Shown here: positions 1 through 12,519 of the stretch, one piece after another
How positions within the stretch are numbered: the first letter of the stretch is position 1
Layout: every line of letters starts with the position of its first letter
Assembly (NCBI GenBank): GCA_951406725.2
Contig: OX597838.1
Coordinates: forward strand, 32,674,001 to 32,738,000
Length of the DNA: 64,000 nt
Origin: Octopus vulgaris
Lineage: Eukaryota
Direction: 5' to 3'
Program-made: the position numbers and the translations under genes
The notes under the pieces: model-generated
Told to the model about the DNA's origin: nothing
Databases searched by the model: none
The model's input: only the letters and a program-made list of their open reading frames with translations

Positions 1-592
1 CACCCCCCCATATATATAAAAAAAAAACACTTTCTTGAAATGTATCCGGTACCTATACCGAAGTTACGCCCAACCTTTTTCTTTTACTTCACTTGTTTCA
101 GTCACTGGGAGACTGTGGTCATGCTGGGGCACCGACTTACCCAATATTTCTTTTAAAGCCTGGTTCGAATTCTATCAGTGCCTTGGCCGAACTGCTAAGT
201 TACGGGGTGTAAACAAACCAACATTGGTTGTAAAGTAGTGGTTAGGGACAAGTACATAAAGCTTTGTTCAGCCTGGGGTTTACAATAGATGACACGCTGT
301 GGGATTGAACCCGAGGTAAAACGGTTAGGAGGTCACAATTAACCCAATATTAATTAGTCGGATGTTAATTTAATTTAGATGAGGCTTTCAAAATTAAGTC
401 TATCAGTGCCTTGGCTGAACTGCTACGTTACGGGGTGTAAACAAACAAACATTGGTTGTAAAGTAGTGGTTAGGGACAAGCACATACAGCTTTGTTTAGC
501 CTGGGGTCACAATGTGGGACTGAACCCAAAGTATAATGCTTAGACGGTCGCAATTAACCAAATATTAATTAGTCTGATGTTAATTTAATTAT

Positions 593-716
593 CGCCTCAT
601 GGTTAGATGAGGCTTTCAAAAATAAGTCTATAGACTCATTAAAATGTTCCTCCCCACGGAAATCTTTAGTAAAAGGCGAAAGATTTATCCGCTCGGGGTG
701 AGGAGAAACCAGAGTT
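593..716 (-). ncRNA. U5: U5 spliceosomal snRNA (copy 1)
   Basis: The reverse complement reads AACUCUGGUUUCUCC...AUAAAUCUUUC-GCCUUUUAC-UAAAGAUUUCCGUGGGGAGGAACA, i.e. the invariant U5 loop 1 in its stem. It continues to an Sm site (AUUUUUG) and a 3' hairpin GCCUCAU-CUAACC-AUGAGGC. 5' end is approximate. Confidence 0.95.
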
Positions 717-1003
717 AACTGATTCTCACTTAGACATTCAACTTATACAAAATGTCTAACTAAACAAACACTGATTCACAAATATAAATTAATGCTTTTA
801 ATTAATTCTGTGCTTGACAAATTATAAATATTTTTATAGTTAAATAATTATCACATTATAATAAATATTTTGTATTATATTTTATAAGGAGTTATTTAAA
901 TTTTAATTAAATAAAACTAAATATATTTATATCTATCAGTGATGTTTATAAGCGACCTTCACCTTGATAACGACTGCTGATTTTCCTCCCTTCTAAAACC
1001 ACA
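717..1003 (-). promoter_or_regulatory. Upstream region of U5 copy 1, conserved with copy 2 (candidate snRNA promoter/PSE around 767-815)
   Basis: Aligns with 41130-41413. The block aacactgattcacaaatataaattaatgcttttaattaattctgtgct is identical in both copies, about 50-100 nt upstream of the snRNA start, while the proximal 45 nt are more diverged. Confidence 0.5.
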
Positions 1004-1636
1004 TGTTTAACAAAAGAAACGAATTGATGGCTATGTGCGGCTTGTACGTAGTCGCTTTGTATGCTAGAAATAGCAGCCGAATCTCCCTCAAATCATACAG
1101 GCAGTCTTTTAAAAACGATTACGGACACACTGGATAACGTAGATTTATATAATCTGTTAGAAAAAGAAAAAAAAAATACGAGATAGTCACGCCTGGAATG
1201 CCTTTTGCTCACTGTTCTACTTGATCAGGGCTCGCCGGGAATTAAAAATGAAGACAACTTTTTACAGTAGTTAGCGTCACTATTCATGAAATATAACGAC
1301 CGTTGCTGCTTAGCCACGGACCGATATTGATCGAATAAATGTATGAGCAAAATTCTTTCAGCCATAACAATCGGGTTTTATTTATTTATTCATTTGCTTG
1401 TATTCTTTGTACTTGCATAATGCTCTGTTCTTTTTAACCCTAATTGGTCGAGTTTAGCTTAAAACAAACTGGCTGCTATTTCTAGCAGATCGAGCTACCA
1501 TATAAAGGCTCTCACAGCTGGTCGCGAAAAGCAGTTGTTTCGTTTCATACCCAGGTGTATGATGAAAGAAGTTCGCGAGTTATGTGCGTGCGCGCGTGTG
1601 CACCCGTGGCGGGTGGGGTTCTATGTGTGTACGTAA

Positions 1637-2270
1637 GGCGACGAGCTGGCAGAAACGGTAGCCGTATTTCGTCTGCCGTTACGTTCTGGGTTCAAATTCC
1701 GCCGAGGTCGACTTTGCCTGTCATCCTTTCGGGGGTTGATAAATAAAGTACCAGTTACACACTGGCGTCGATGTAATCGACTTAATTCGCTTGTCTGTCC
1801 TTGTTTGTCCCCTCTGTGTTTAGCTCCTTGTGGATAGTAAGGAAATAGGTATTTCGTCTGCCGCGACGTTGTGAGTTCAAATTCCGCCGAGGTCGACTTT
1901 GCCTTTCATCCTTTCGGGGTCGATAAATTAAGTACCAGTTACGAATTGGAGTCGATGTAATCCACTTAATTCTTTTGTCTGTCCTTGTTTGTCCGCTCTG
2001 TGTTTAGCCCCTTGTGGGTAGTAAAGAAATAGGTATTTCGTCTGCCGTTACGTTTTGGGTTCAAATTCCGCCGAGGTCAACTTTGCTTTTCATCCTTTCG
2101 ATGAAGGTAAAGAATACGCACACCCGGTATTTAGGGTTAGGGTTGTGGTTACGCCGAAAACGGGTGGTGTGCGTATTCTTTACCTCCACCGTCGATAAAA
2201 TAAATACAAGTTGAACACTGGAGAGTCGTCGATGTAATTGACTTACCCCATCCCCCGAAATTGCTGGGCT
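1637..2270 (+). mobile_element. tRNA-derived SINE (family C) with internally tandem-repeated ~190-bp body
   Basis: Head ggcgacgagctggcagaaacg, B-box-like gttcaaattcc, and core gccgaggtcgactttgcctttcatcctttcggggtcgataaa repeated three times. The same family occurs at 2345, 18060(-), 29500, 32060(-), 55860(-) and 61105. Confidence 0.8.
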
Positions 2271-2706
2271 TGTATGTATGTGTTTGCATCGTTGTATGAA
2301 AGTGTGTGTGTGTGTGTGTGTGTAAGATTCAATGTATGGGTGTATGTCGTGCAGTGAGCTGGCAGAATCGTTACGCGCCGGTCATAATGCTTAGCGGCAT
2401 TTCGTTCGTGTTTACGTTCTGAGTTCAAATTTCGCCGAGGTCGATTTGCCTTTCATCCCCTCAGGGGTAACTGTCCAGTTTACGTTCGTGAAAAATAAGT
2501 AAAGGGTTGGGGACATAATTAAATACACAAAAGTATGTTGTCTGATATTTTACTCTTGTCTCCCCTCGACGTTGTCTGTCATTTACAACTGATTTCGGCA
2601 GAAGTAAAGATCATGGACTGTACCCACCTCTGCGATTTTTTTCCCCTTTTTTCTATTTTACAGGAACACACTATATCGAGGGCGGAGATTCCGAATCTAC
2701 AAAAAA

Positions 2707-3290
2707 AAATCTGCATTTCAAAATTTTAATCCTCCCCCTCCAAAATTTCTTAAATTTTCACTTTTTAAAAAAAAAATGGTAAAATTATCTTTTTGGCTAA
2801 ATACGTAGAAAAATACAAAGATTCCGAGAAATTGTATTCACCTCAATAGACGTCATTGATTGGTTGAAATTGCCGAAATTAAACGACAAATAGCTTACAA
2901 ACTACAGAATTTTCTCAAGAAAGCCAAGAGAGAAAGATGTTTTATGTAACACATTCTACCAGTATACGACAGGCTTCTTTCAGTTTCTGTCTACCAAATC
3001 CACTCACAAGGCTTTGGTCGGCCCGAGGCTATAGTAGAAGACACTTGCCCAAGGTGCCACGCAGTGGGACTGAACCCGGAACCATGTGGTTGGTAAACAA
3101 GCTACTTACCACACAGCCACTCTTGCGCCTTTATATAAGGTGTTTATTTTTTTTTTTTTTTTTTTTTCAGAATCATAATCTCAGTATTTTTTTAAGATTT
3201 AAAAAATCTAAAAGATTTTTTAAAAAAGCGAAAATTTAAGAAATGTAAGTGGGGGGAAATGAAGTGGGGGTGTTAAATCTTGAAATGCAG

Positions 3291-3294
<4 letters not shown>
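2707..3294. mobile_element. Non-autonomous TIR element interrupted by a SINE head (2965-3130)
   Basis: Imperfect terminal inverted repeats aaatctgcatttcaaaattttaa...tttttaaaaa / tttttaaaaaag...ttaaatcttgaaatgcagattt. The internal segment 2838-2969 matches 36315-36455 in reverse. Confidence 0.55.
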
Positions 3295-3327
<33 letters not shown>

Positions 3328-4767
3328 CGTGACCGACCAGACTAACAGATGTTGCTACACATCGCTGGTCACAATGCGCTTCGCATTGTTTTAGCCTTCA
3401 AATGATGCCAACAGAAGAAAGAGTGAGAGAAAGTTGTGGCGAAAGAGTACACCAGTGATCGCCACCACCCCCTGCCGGAGCCTCGTGGAGCTTTAGGTGT
3501 TTTTCGCTCAATAAACACTCACAACGCCCGGTCTGGGAATCGAAACTGCGAGTCCGCCTCCCTAACCACTGGGCCATTGCGCCACCACACACACACACAC
3601 ACACATATATATATGTGGCGTTAGGAAGGGCATCCAGCCGTAGAAACACTGCCAAATCTGACTGGGCCTGATGAAGCCTTCCGGCTTCCCAGACCCCAGT
3701 TAAACCGTCCAACCCATGCTAGCATGGAAAATGGACGCTAAATGATGATGATGATGATGATGATGATATATATCCGTTATCTTTTTCCTTGGTTCGGTTG
3801 TTAGACTGCCGTCATGCTGGGGCACTGCCTTGAAAATTTTAGTCGAATGGAGTGACCTTGTAATTATTCTATTATTCTAACAAGCATGAAATGATGAAGG
3901 TGGTGATGGTGGCGGTGGCAGCGGTGGTGGTGGTGAGAAGGACAACAACGATGATCACGATGATGATGATGATGGTGGTGATGATGACGATGGTGGTGAT
4001 GATGACGATGGTGGTGATGATGATGATGGTGGTGATGATGACGATGGTGGTGCTGGTGGTGCTGGTGCTGGTGCTGATGACGATGACAATGATGATGATG
4101 ACGATCACAGCAATAATACACACACACACACACACACACACGTGCATGCAATATGGTCAAATGAGTATGATATTCCCAATGATATTCCCAATGAGCTGAG
4201 TTCAATCTCAGTAAGTAGCATCATTTTTTTTTTTTCAAAGACAATTGCCTGTAATATGAGGTGACATTTGGCTGTTGTTTCCAGCAAGTCGATCTACTAT
4301 GTAGAAGATTCTTCATCTGGCTCATTTCCATTCACCCTACTCTTCCACCATTCATATATTGCTAACCTAGTATTGTTCTGGGGTGGGAGCAGTGTTTGAT
4401 CCACTCCATCCTTGCCACCCCCTTACAAACATCACTCTTACATCAGATCAAAAAGTATTCATTTTTATTAATATTATTTTTCCTTTATTTTCATTACAGA
4501 ACAAGTTCATGGACATCAAATCCAAAAAGCCAAAGATTATTCCAGAAGGATTATCTGAAGGATTCTATTTCCTTTTTGAAAATCGTCAGCTTTCATTTAT
4601 AAATCCCACAATATTTCAAAAAGTTGCTTTAGAGAATGTCTTGAAGTGAAAGCAAAAGAAAAAATATAAAAAAAAAAGGAAAAGAATTTTTGAAAATATA
4701 AATCTGTAGATTTTTATTTTAAATTTATGTAAACAGTGACAAACAAGATAAAGCACCTTCTTCCAAA

Positions 4768-5535
4768 ATGTTGCCTGACTACCAAGCCCTGTCATGGGTC
4801 GTCCTTTGCCCAATAGCCATAGTGACAAATTGCTTTGGTGCCATTATCATTAGTCATTATAGAAGCTCCTACATCGGAACGGATTTGGTTCTAATTACAC
4901 TCCTGTTGGCAATGGCAGCCAACGCTGGTATCTTGCTCCTGGTCCCTGCCGTTTATGTCATGCTAAACATGACTTGGAGTACAGGGCTGTGCTTCTTTTA
5001 CATTTGGATTTTCGGCTTCCTTCGTGCGGTCGGTCTCATCGGACTGTTTGTCCTCAGCTTCCACTGGTCCCATGTTTCAAAACTAACACCTTTGAATCGC
5101 ATCCAGATGCCGAGTTTTCCAATCAAGAGCTCTCTTCTGGTCACAGTGCTCATTTCCATAATAGTCGGCATCTTACCGTTGGTTCGCATACTGATGCGGC
5201 CCGACCCCTTTGATATAAACCTTCCCTGTATGTTCCTCACCTATGATGCCGATCCAGCTCTGGCCATTTTCATCATCATTTTGACTCTGGTGGTTTTCTT
5301 TGCAATTATCATTTGCCTCATCGACTCCGGTCTTCTCCTGCACAGTTACAAGTCCATGTTCCTACTCAAATATAAATCTGGCGGCTTCTACGACACTGAA
5401 CGAGCTCGTGCCACGTGGAGCCGAACTGGCATCATCAGTGACACGTATTCGGAGATCAACAACACTTTCGATTTATGGAGGGTTGTACTACTTCAGTTTC
5501 TTTTGTCCACTTTAATCAACCACATTCCATATTTG
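4768..5535 (+). CDS. Orphan rhodopsin-class 7TM receptor, GPR153/GPR162-like, coding exon 1 (TM1-TM6)
   Basis: 256 codons with six hydrophobic helices. Motifs parallel human GPR153 as I recall it: ALSW..CPIAIVTN (AVGW..LSLLAN), W..GLC, LSFHW (LSYHR in place of DRY), ILPLV (ALPAV), PCMF (GCRF). Ends at TTG|GTAAG, a phase-0 donor. Upstream acceptor tttcattacag at 4499. Confidence 0.9.
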
Positions 5536-5598
5536 GTAAGTTTATTTCTTGTTTTATTTTGTGTGTGTGTGTGTTTGTGCACGTGCGCATCTCTTTCT

Positions 5599-5808
5599 CT
5601 TTTACTTGTTTCAGTCATTTGACTGAGGCCATGCTGGAGCACCGCCCTTAGTCGAGCAAATTGAACCCAAGACTTATTCTTTGTAAACCTAGTACTTATT
5701 ATATCAGTCTCTTTTGCCGAACCACTAAGTTACGGAGACGTAAATACACCAGCATCGGTTGTCAAGCGATGTTGGGGTGACAAACACATACACACAAACA
5801 CACACACG

Positions 5809-5843
<35 letters not shown>

Positions 5844-6008
5844 GACGGGCTTCTTTCAGTTTCAGTTTACCAAATCCACTCACAAGGCTTTGGTCAGCCT
5901 GAGGCTACAGTAGAAGACACTTGCCCAAGGTGCCACGCAGTGGGACTGAACCCGGAACCATGTGGTTGGTAAGCAAGCTACTTACCACACAGCCACTCCT
6001 ACACCTAT
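5599..6008 (-). mobile_element. tRNA-derived SINE (family A), full length
   Basis: On - strand: A-box tggctgtgtgg, B-box ggttcagtccc, central (TA)/(TG)n, tail ggcggtgctccagcatggcc...gactgaaacaagtaaaagag. Many copies in the window. Confidence 0.85.
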
Positions 6009-6605
6009 GTGTGTGTGTGTGTGTGTGTGTGATAATCATCTCTTTTTTCATGCAGGCATAGATACATACATAAAAATTAAACATACATATTCTTTTATTT
6101 GTTTCAGTCATTTGACTGCGCCCATTCTGGAGCACCATCTTCAGTCAAACAAATCGACCCCAGGTCTTATTCTTTGTAAGCCTAGTACTTATTCTATCGG
6201 TCACTTTTGTCAGACTGCTAAGTTAGGGGGGACGTAAGTTACAGGCTTTGGTCAGCCCGAGGCTATAGTAGAAGACACTTGCCCAAGGTGCCATGCAGTG
6301 GAACTGAACCCGGAACCATGTGGTTGGTAAGCAAGCTACTTACCACACAGCTGCTCCTGCGTCTATATATTCTTTTATTTTCTTTTACTTGATTCAGTCA
6401 TTTGACTGTGACTATACTGGAGCACCACTTTGAAGGATTGCTTTTAGTCAAACAAATCAACCCTAAGACTTATTTCTTTAGGCCTAGTACTTGTTCTGTT
6501 GGTGTCTTTGACCAAACTGCCAAGTTACAGGGATGCAAACCCACCAACACTGGTTGTCAAGTAGTGGTGGGGTCACAAACACAAATATAAAGACACACAC
6601 ACAGA

Positions 6606-6642
<37 letters not shown>

Positions 6643-6790
6643 CATAAATGAGAGCAAAGGAAAAAAATTCTAATGCCAAATATGCCGAAAAATTGGACAT
6701 ATTGTCCATTAACCATATAATTTTTTCACAATACACACGCTATTCGAAAAAAGGCTGACAGAAATTTCTAAAAAATTCCATTATTACCAT

Positions 6791-6840
6791 ATCGGACCGA
6801 TTTCAGAGTTAGCTACTAAGAGCCCTCTCTTCGTCAGTGA
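6791..6840 (-). ncRNA. Minimal type I hammerhead ribozyme motif in a Penelope-like remnant
   Basis: Reads tca-CUGACGA-agag...cucu-GAA-AUcgGU-C-cga. Canonical core, weak stem I. Confidence 0.55.
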
Positions 6841-7902
6841 AACATGTGGCAAAAGAAATAAATGAGATACTTACTCATATTTGATTGATATATATATATA
6901 TATACGACAGGCTTCTTCAGTTTCCATATACAAAATCCAGTTACCCGAAGCTTCTGTAGAAGACACTTACCCAAGGTGCCATGCAGGGGGACTGAACCTG
7001 GAACTATGTGGTTGAGAAGCAAGCTTCTTACCGCACAGCCACTCTCATGCTTACTATACATACATACATGCATAAAGAGAAATTGTGCACAGTTGTGGAA
7101 ATTAGCTGCCCAGTTGACATTAACTTAAAGCTGAAGATCAGTGGAAAAGAGAACACCTATGCTGAACTATTGAGAAATCTACAGTTTACTCTATCCAGAT
7201 TACAAATTCAGTTTTATACCTGTAATTATTGGGGACTTGGGATATGTAACACACTGTCTAAATACCAATCTTGAGAAAATAGGCTTCTCAAAACCAGAAA
7301 GGAGAAGGCTATTTCTAAGACTACAAATCCAATCCATCACTGAAATTGTAAATATCTGTAAAACTTTCCACAAGTTAATCATTTAAATATATATGAGCAT
7401 GTCTAGATATGTAGCTATATGCATGATAATGCATACATAAAGCATACAAATAATCTGCACCTACATACATATAAACAAAAGTACCCTGTTGTTGATGTTG
7501 AAATTCCAGTGAAGCAGCCTTGAATCTAGGGTTAGAAACTGGCTCTTTCTCTATTGATAAGAAATCTTGTAATAAACTCAATAATGACATACATACATAT
7601 ATTCATATACAAAGACAATATATATATAACAATATTTTTTAATTACGAGTGTAATTATAATTAGGGTTCAGCAAAGGTTTGCTTTACCACATACCGAAGT
7701 TTAGAAGTAGCAGCCAAAGACCCTTAGTTATTTCTTCTACTATATGAAGAGACACACAGACAAAACAAAATGCTCAAAAAATGGTCCTTTTTCATGCCAA
7801 ATTCTATTTGGTGGAATTATTAATTACTATTTAATTAATTAATTTTACCCTTAATTATTATTGATTATATATATACATATATATATATATGCACATATAT
7901 AT

Positions 7903-7958
<56 letters not shown>

Positions 7959-8283
7959 GCCATAATGTGAAACAAGGTCTCAAATACCAGTGGTGGAATT
8001 ATTAATTACTATTTAATTAATTAATTTTACCCTTAATTATTATTGATTCATATATATACATATATATATATGAACGCACATATATATACACACACAACAG
8101 ATATATATATATATATATATATATAATATACATATATATATATGCACATATATACACACACACACATATATATATATATATACATATATATATACATACA
8201 TATATATATACATATACATACACACATATAAATATGCATACTTTATATACATCTATATATATGTATATATATATGTATGTATA

Positions 8284-8324
<41 letters not shown>

Positions 8325-8873
8325 CCATTTTGGTGTATTGGACCATTGAACTTTTTTTTCATTCTCTCTCTGTTTATTTTGTCTTATTCTTTTTCTGCTG
8401 ATGAGCATAGGCTCAAAACATAAAAGACTTTTTTGTTTTTCCCGAGCATCAAACTAATACACTTGTTTGTGGTTCACACACATGTCTTTGTCTTTTGTTT
8501 TTCTATAAATTTCAAGTATATATATATGATGATGATGATCATCATCATCATCGTTTAGCGTCCGCTTTCCATGCTAGCATGGGTTGGACGGTTCAACTGG
8601 GGTCTGGAAAGCCAGGAGGCTGCACCAGGCCCAGCCTGATCTGGCAATGTTTCTACGGCTGGATGCCCTTCCTAACGTCAACCACTCCGTGAGTGTAGTG
8701 GGTGCTTTTTACGTTCCACTGGCACAGGTGCCAGGTGAGGCTGGCAACGGCCATGTTTGGATGGTTCTCTTACGTGTCCCCGGCACTGGTATCACAGCTA
8801 CAATTTCCATTGATGTTGATCGATTTCGATTTTGATTCTGATTTCTCACTTGCCTGAATCAAAATCAAAATCG

Positions 8874-8920
<47 letters not shown>

Positions 8921-8924
<4 letters not shown>

Positions 8925-9525
8925 AGATAAGAAAATGGAGAAATACATCTAAATCAAATATCAATTACCAGATAATACTCAATCAGATACTTTATTAAAC
9001 CACCACATAAGAGATTGTAGGGTTAAATATAAAAAGCAGAACAAATCAGTGTACAAAGAGGAATGTACATAAAAGAGTAATGTTGTATAATAAGTAGAAT
9101 ATATATAAAAGAGAATATAAATACAAGTAAATATAAATATAAGTATAAATTAGATCTTACAGCTGTTTCGGCCATGTCGATAATTATGTCTCATTTTACC
9201 AATATTAGCCCTTTATGGTTGGTCAATATATAGATATAAATGAGACATTTACAAAAATATCACAAGGCCTCTTCGGAGATTATGTAATATAACTCAGTCT
9301 ACATATATACCCACATGGGTGTGGGTGCGTTCCCACAATACAACATATATATATATATATACATATGAGTGCATATACTCACACTCCTATACATATAAAA
9401 ATATACATTTACATAATGATATAAATAAATAATATAAATTAGTAAACATATATATGTGTTCCACACTCAATTATCTGGTAATTGATATTTGATTTAGATC
9501 TATTTCTCCATTTTCTTATCTTGTA
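8921..9525 (-). mobile_element. Penelope-like remnant with ~54-bp inverted termini and a hammerhead with extended stem II (9154-9280)
   Basis: 8921-8974 is the reverse complement of 9470-9525. The - strand reads aucu-CCGAAGA-ggcc...ggcc-GAA-ACAGCUGU-A-agau. Starts at a (TA)n tract; a related end lies at 46563. Confidence 0.65.
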
Positions 9526-9695
9526 TTAGTAATTTGTGGTAAATCATTTTACCTTTGCCCATATAATACAGTAAATGAATTGATTGCATTGCAATCATTA
9601 ACATTTATGTATTAACTTTGTTGGGTACTTCACTAGCAGTATATTGGATATACGTTATCCCATAGAGGGTTGCATTTACAACCCCTATCTCAATT

Positions 9696-9759
<64 letters not shown>

Positions 9760-9761
9760 TA

Positions 9762-9811
<50 letters not shown>

Positions 9812-10357
9812 TGTATGTGAGTATGTACATATAATTCCAACCCTTGAGCACAAACCTCAATACAGGCTTTCCAATCGGTTTAAGTTGCAGTATTAAAGAA
9901 AGATTTAAAAATTAATGGATTTAGGTTAAAATGCAATTAGACCTGGCTCAGCCATTGTAATATTTAGGGTATTGAGTGAGATGCGGTAGATTAATTTCAC
10001 ACGTATATACGTATTCAACTAGCTATCAATCATCATCTTCATTTAACATCCATTTTCTATGCTGGCATGGGTTGGACAGTTTGACTGAAAACTGGTACAC
10101 TTTGGTAAGTACCAGGCTCCAGTCTTATTTGGCATGGTTTCTACAGCTGGGTGCCCTTCTTAGTGCCAACAATTCCAAGAGTGTAGTGGATGTTTTTTTA
10201 CATGCGAGTTATGTCGCATCGCCATTGGCCATGACTACGATCTCACTTAGCTTGAAAGGTCTTCTCAAGCATGACATATCGCCAAAGGTCTCAATCCCTT
10301 GTATAAATATATGTAGATATGTGTATGTGTGTGCGCGCGTGTGCACCTGAATGTGTA

Positions 10358-10413
<56 letters not shown>

Positions 10414-10415
<2 letters not shown>

Positions 10416-10633
10416 GGAGTAAACACATAAATGTGAAACAAGGTGGATAAAAGAGTACTCAAATACTAGTGGTAGAGTAATATGCTTTATTTAAAAGCAG
10501 CAGAAAGTTCAACAAAACCTGTTACTCTGAGTTTCACGTTTCCGTTCTAGCAAAAACTGTCCGACGAACGGAAATGTGAAACTCAGAGTAACAGGTTTTG
10601 TTGAATTTTCTGCTGCTTTTAAATAAAGTATAT
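10414..10633 (+). mobile_element. Fold-back element with hammerhead motif (10553-10599)
   Basis: 68-bp inverted arms 10480-10547 / 10566-10633. Motif cugu-CCGACGA-acg(gaaa)ugu-GAA-ACUC-a-GAGU-A-acag. (TA)n on both sides. Confidence 0.7.
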
Positions 10634-10673
10634 ATATATATATGTATAAGGGTGGAAAGGAACACACGAGTTG

Positions 10674-10877
10674 ATATATATGAAAAAACAAGTCAAAAAT
10701 AGAAAATGCTAAGATAATTTTATAGTGAATCTTTCAGTACCGGTTTCGGTCATTTTGAGACCTTTTCAACTGTAACGATTACAATCGTTACAGTTGAAAA
10801 GGTCTCAAAATGACCGAAACCGGTACTGAAAGATTCACTATAAAATTATCTTAGCATTTTCTATTTTTGACTTGTTT

Positions 10878-10889
<12 letters not shown>
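10674..10889. repeat. Perfect palindrome (107-bp arms, 2-nt loop) carrying a U3-A8 hammerhead motif on each strand
   Basis: 10674-10780 is the exact reverse complement of 10783-10889. The right arm reads cag-UUGAAAA-gguc(ucaaaau)gacc-GAA-ACCGGU-A-cug. Confidence 0.85.
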
Positions 10890-10931
<42 letters not shown>

Positions 10932-11079
10932 ACTGGAATCTTACATATATATCATTCTGCCTAAAAAATGGATCTACAACTTCAATATCCCTACATATCT
11001 TGCTTCTGTTTTCTTTCCGACACCTCACTCTCTATTTCGTATCACATCTAAACTATGACTTAACCATCCTCTCACACCA

Positions 11080-11129
11080 TCTCCGATGAAGGGATATAAT
11101 TAATAAATATCCTGGAAACAGCTGTAAGA
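11080..11129 (+). ncRNA. Minimal hammerhead ribozyme motif
   Basis: Reads ucu-CCGAUGA-a-gggauau(aauuaauaa)auauccu-g-GAA-ACAGCUGU-A-aga, with a palindromic stem III. Confidence 0.65.
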
Positions 11130-11340
11130 CCTTTAAAACCTCCATGCTCCCTGAAATTCCCCAATACTACACCAGATATCCCTCCACCCTCCATACACAT
11201 GCACACATGTATATCATGACTCATACACTGTTCACTTTCCTGACTTTTGTACATAGCCTTATATATTATACATGCACCTTCGATGAGTTGTAGTGCAGTT
11301 GAGCACTATACACAATAATTTCACTATTATTATTATTATT

Positions 11341-12479
11341 GAGTGAGAGAGCAGTGCATGCCATCAAAGTGACACTGGGGTAAAATATACGAAGCCCAGT
11401 ATACTCATCATGACTACCTGTCTGATAAGGGTACACCAGGCACATGCATCACAACCATATGTGCGCGACATGGTGATCTCATATCAAGATAAACAGCACA
11501 TGACCTTGCAGGTGGGGGCCCAGTGAGAATTTTCTTCCGGTCGAGTAACCCATCCCACTCAAAAGGTCCCTGAATAAGGGTTGTTTAAGGATGTTGAAAG
11601 AACCACCCATGCTTCCAAAGGTGAATTATTCAAACCCCAAAGAATCCCTCTCAACACATGGCTATGATGCTCCCCCAGTACTTCTGCTCATGATCAGATA
11701 TGCACATATCGTCAGTCACTAAGGGACATGCTCAACTGGTTAAGGTCAAACAACTGACAAGCAAATCTGTGGTATTGAACAGAATATTTGCTGTAGCCCA
11801 TCTTTTATACCAAGACAAAACTATGTACATGATAACACTTCCAATCAGTTAAGATCAGAAGCCATGAGAGCCACTGCCTGGTACTGCATCAGGGCATTCA
11901 TTATTATTATTATTATTATTATTGAGTGAGAGAGCAGTGCATGCCATCAAAGTGACACTGGGGTAAAATATACAAAGCCCAATATACCCATCATGACTAC
12001 CCGTCTGATAAAGGTACACCAGGCACATGCATCACAACCATATGTGCGCGACATGGTGATCTCTTATCAAGATAAACAGCACATGACCTTGCAGGTGGGG
12101 CCCAGTTAGAATTTTCTTCAAGTTGAGTAGCCCATCCCGCTCAAAAGGTCCCTGAATAAGGGTTGTTTAAGGATGTTGAAAGAACCACCCATGTTTCCAG
12201 AGGTGAATTATTCAAACCTCAAATAATCCCTCTCAACACATGGCTATGATGCTCCCCCACTACTTCTGCTCGTGATCAGATATGCACATATCGTCAGTCA
12301 CTAAGGGACATGCTCAACTGGTTAAGGTCAAACAACTGACAAGCAAATCTGTGGTATTGAACAGAATATTTGCTGTAGCCCCTCTTTTATACCAAGACAA
12401 ATCAATGTACATGATAACACTTCCAATCAGTTAAGATCAGAAGCCATGAGAGCCACTGCCTGGTACTGCATCAGGGCGT

Positions 12480-12482
<3 letters not shown>
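11341..12482 (-). mobile_element. Two tandem copies (583-bp period) of a non-coding element bounded by (ATT)n
   Basis: 11341-11899 and 11924-12482 are highly similar but not identical. Each is flanked by ATT/AAT repeats. Orientation is inferred. Confidence 0.75.

Positions 12483-12519
<37 letters not shown>

Noticed and set aside
5536-5622. C-terminal 28 codons of the 284-aa ORF as a seventh helix
   Set aside because: They lie beyond a strong GTAAG donor and run through (TG)n into a SINE. A better TM7 is at 49611-49800.
7480-7580. Hammerhead in the repeat shared with 42432-42517
   Set aside because: GAAAC is present, but the first core strand and the cleavage triplet do not fit, so it was left uncalled.
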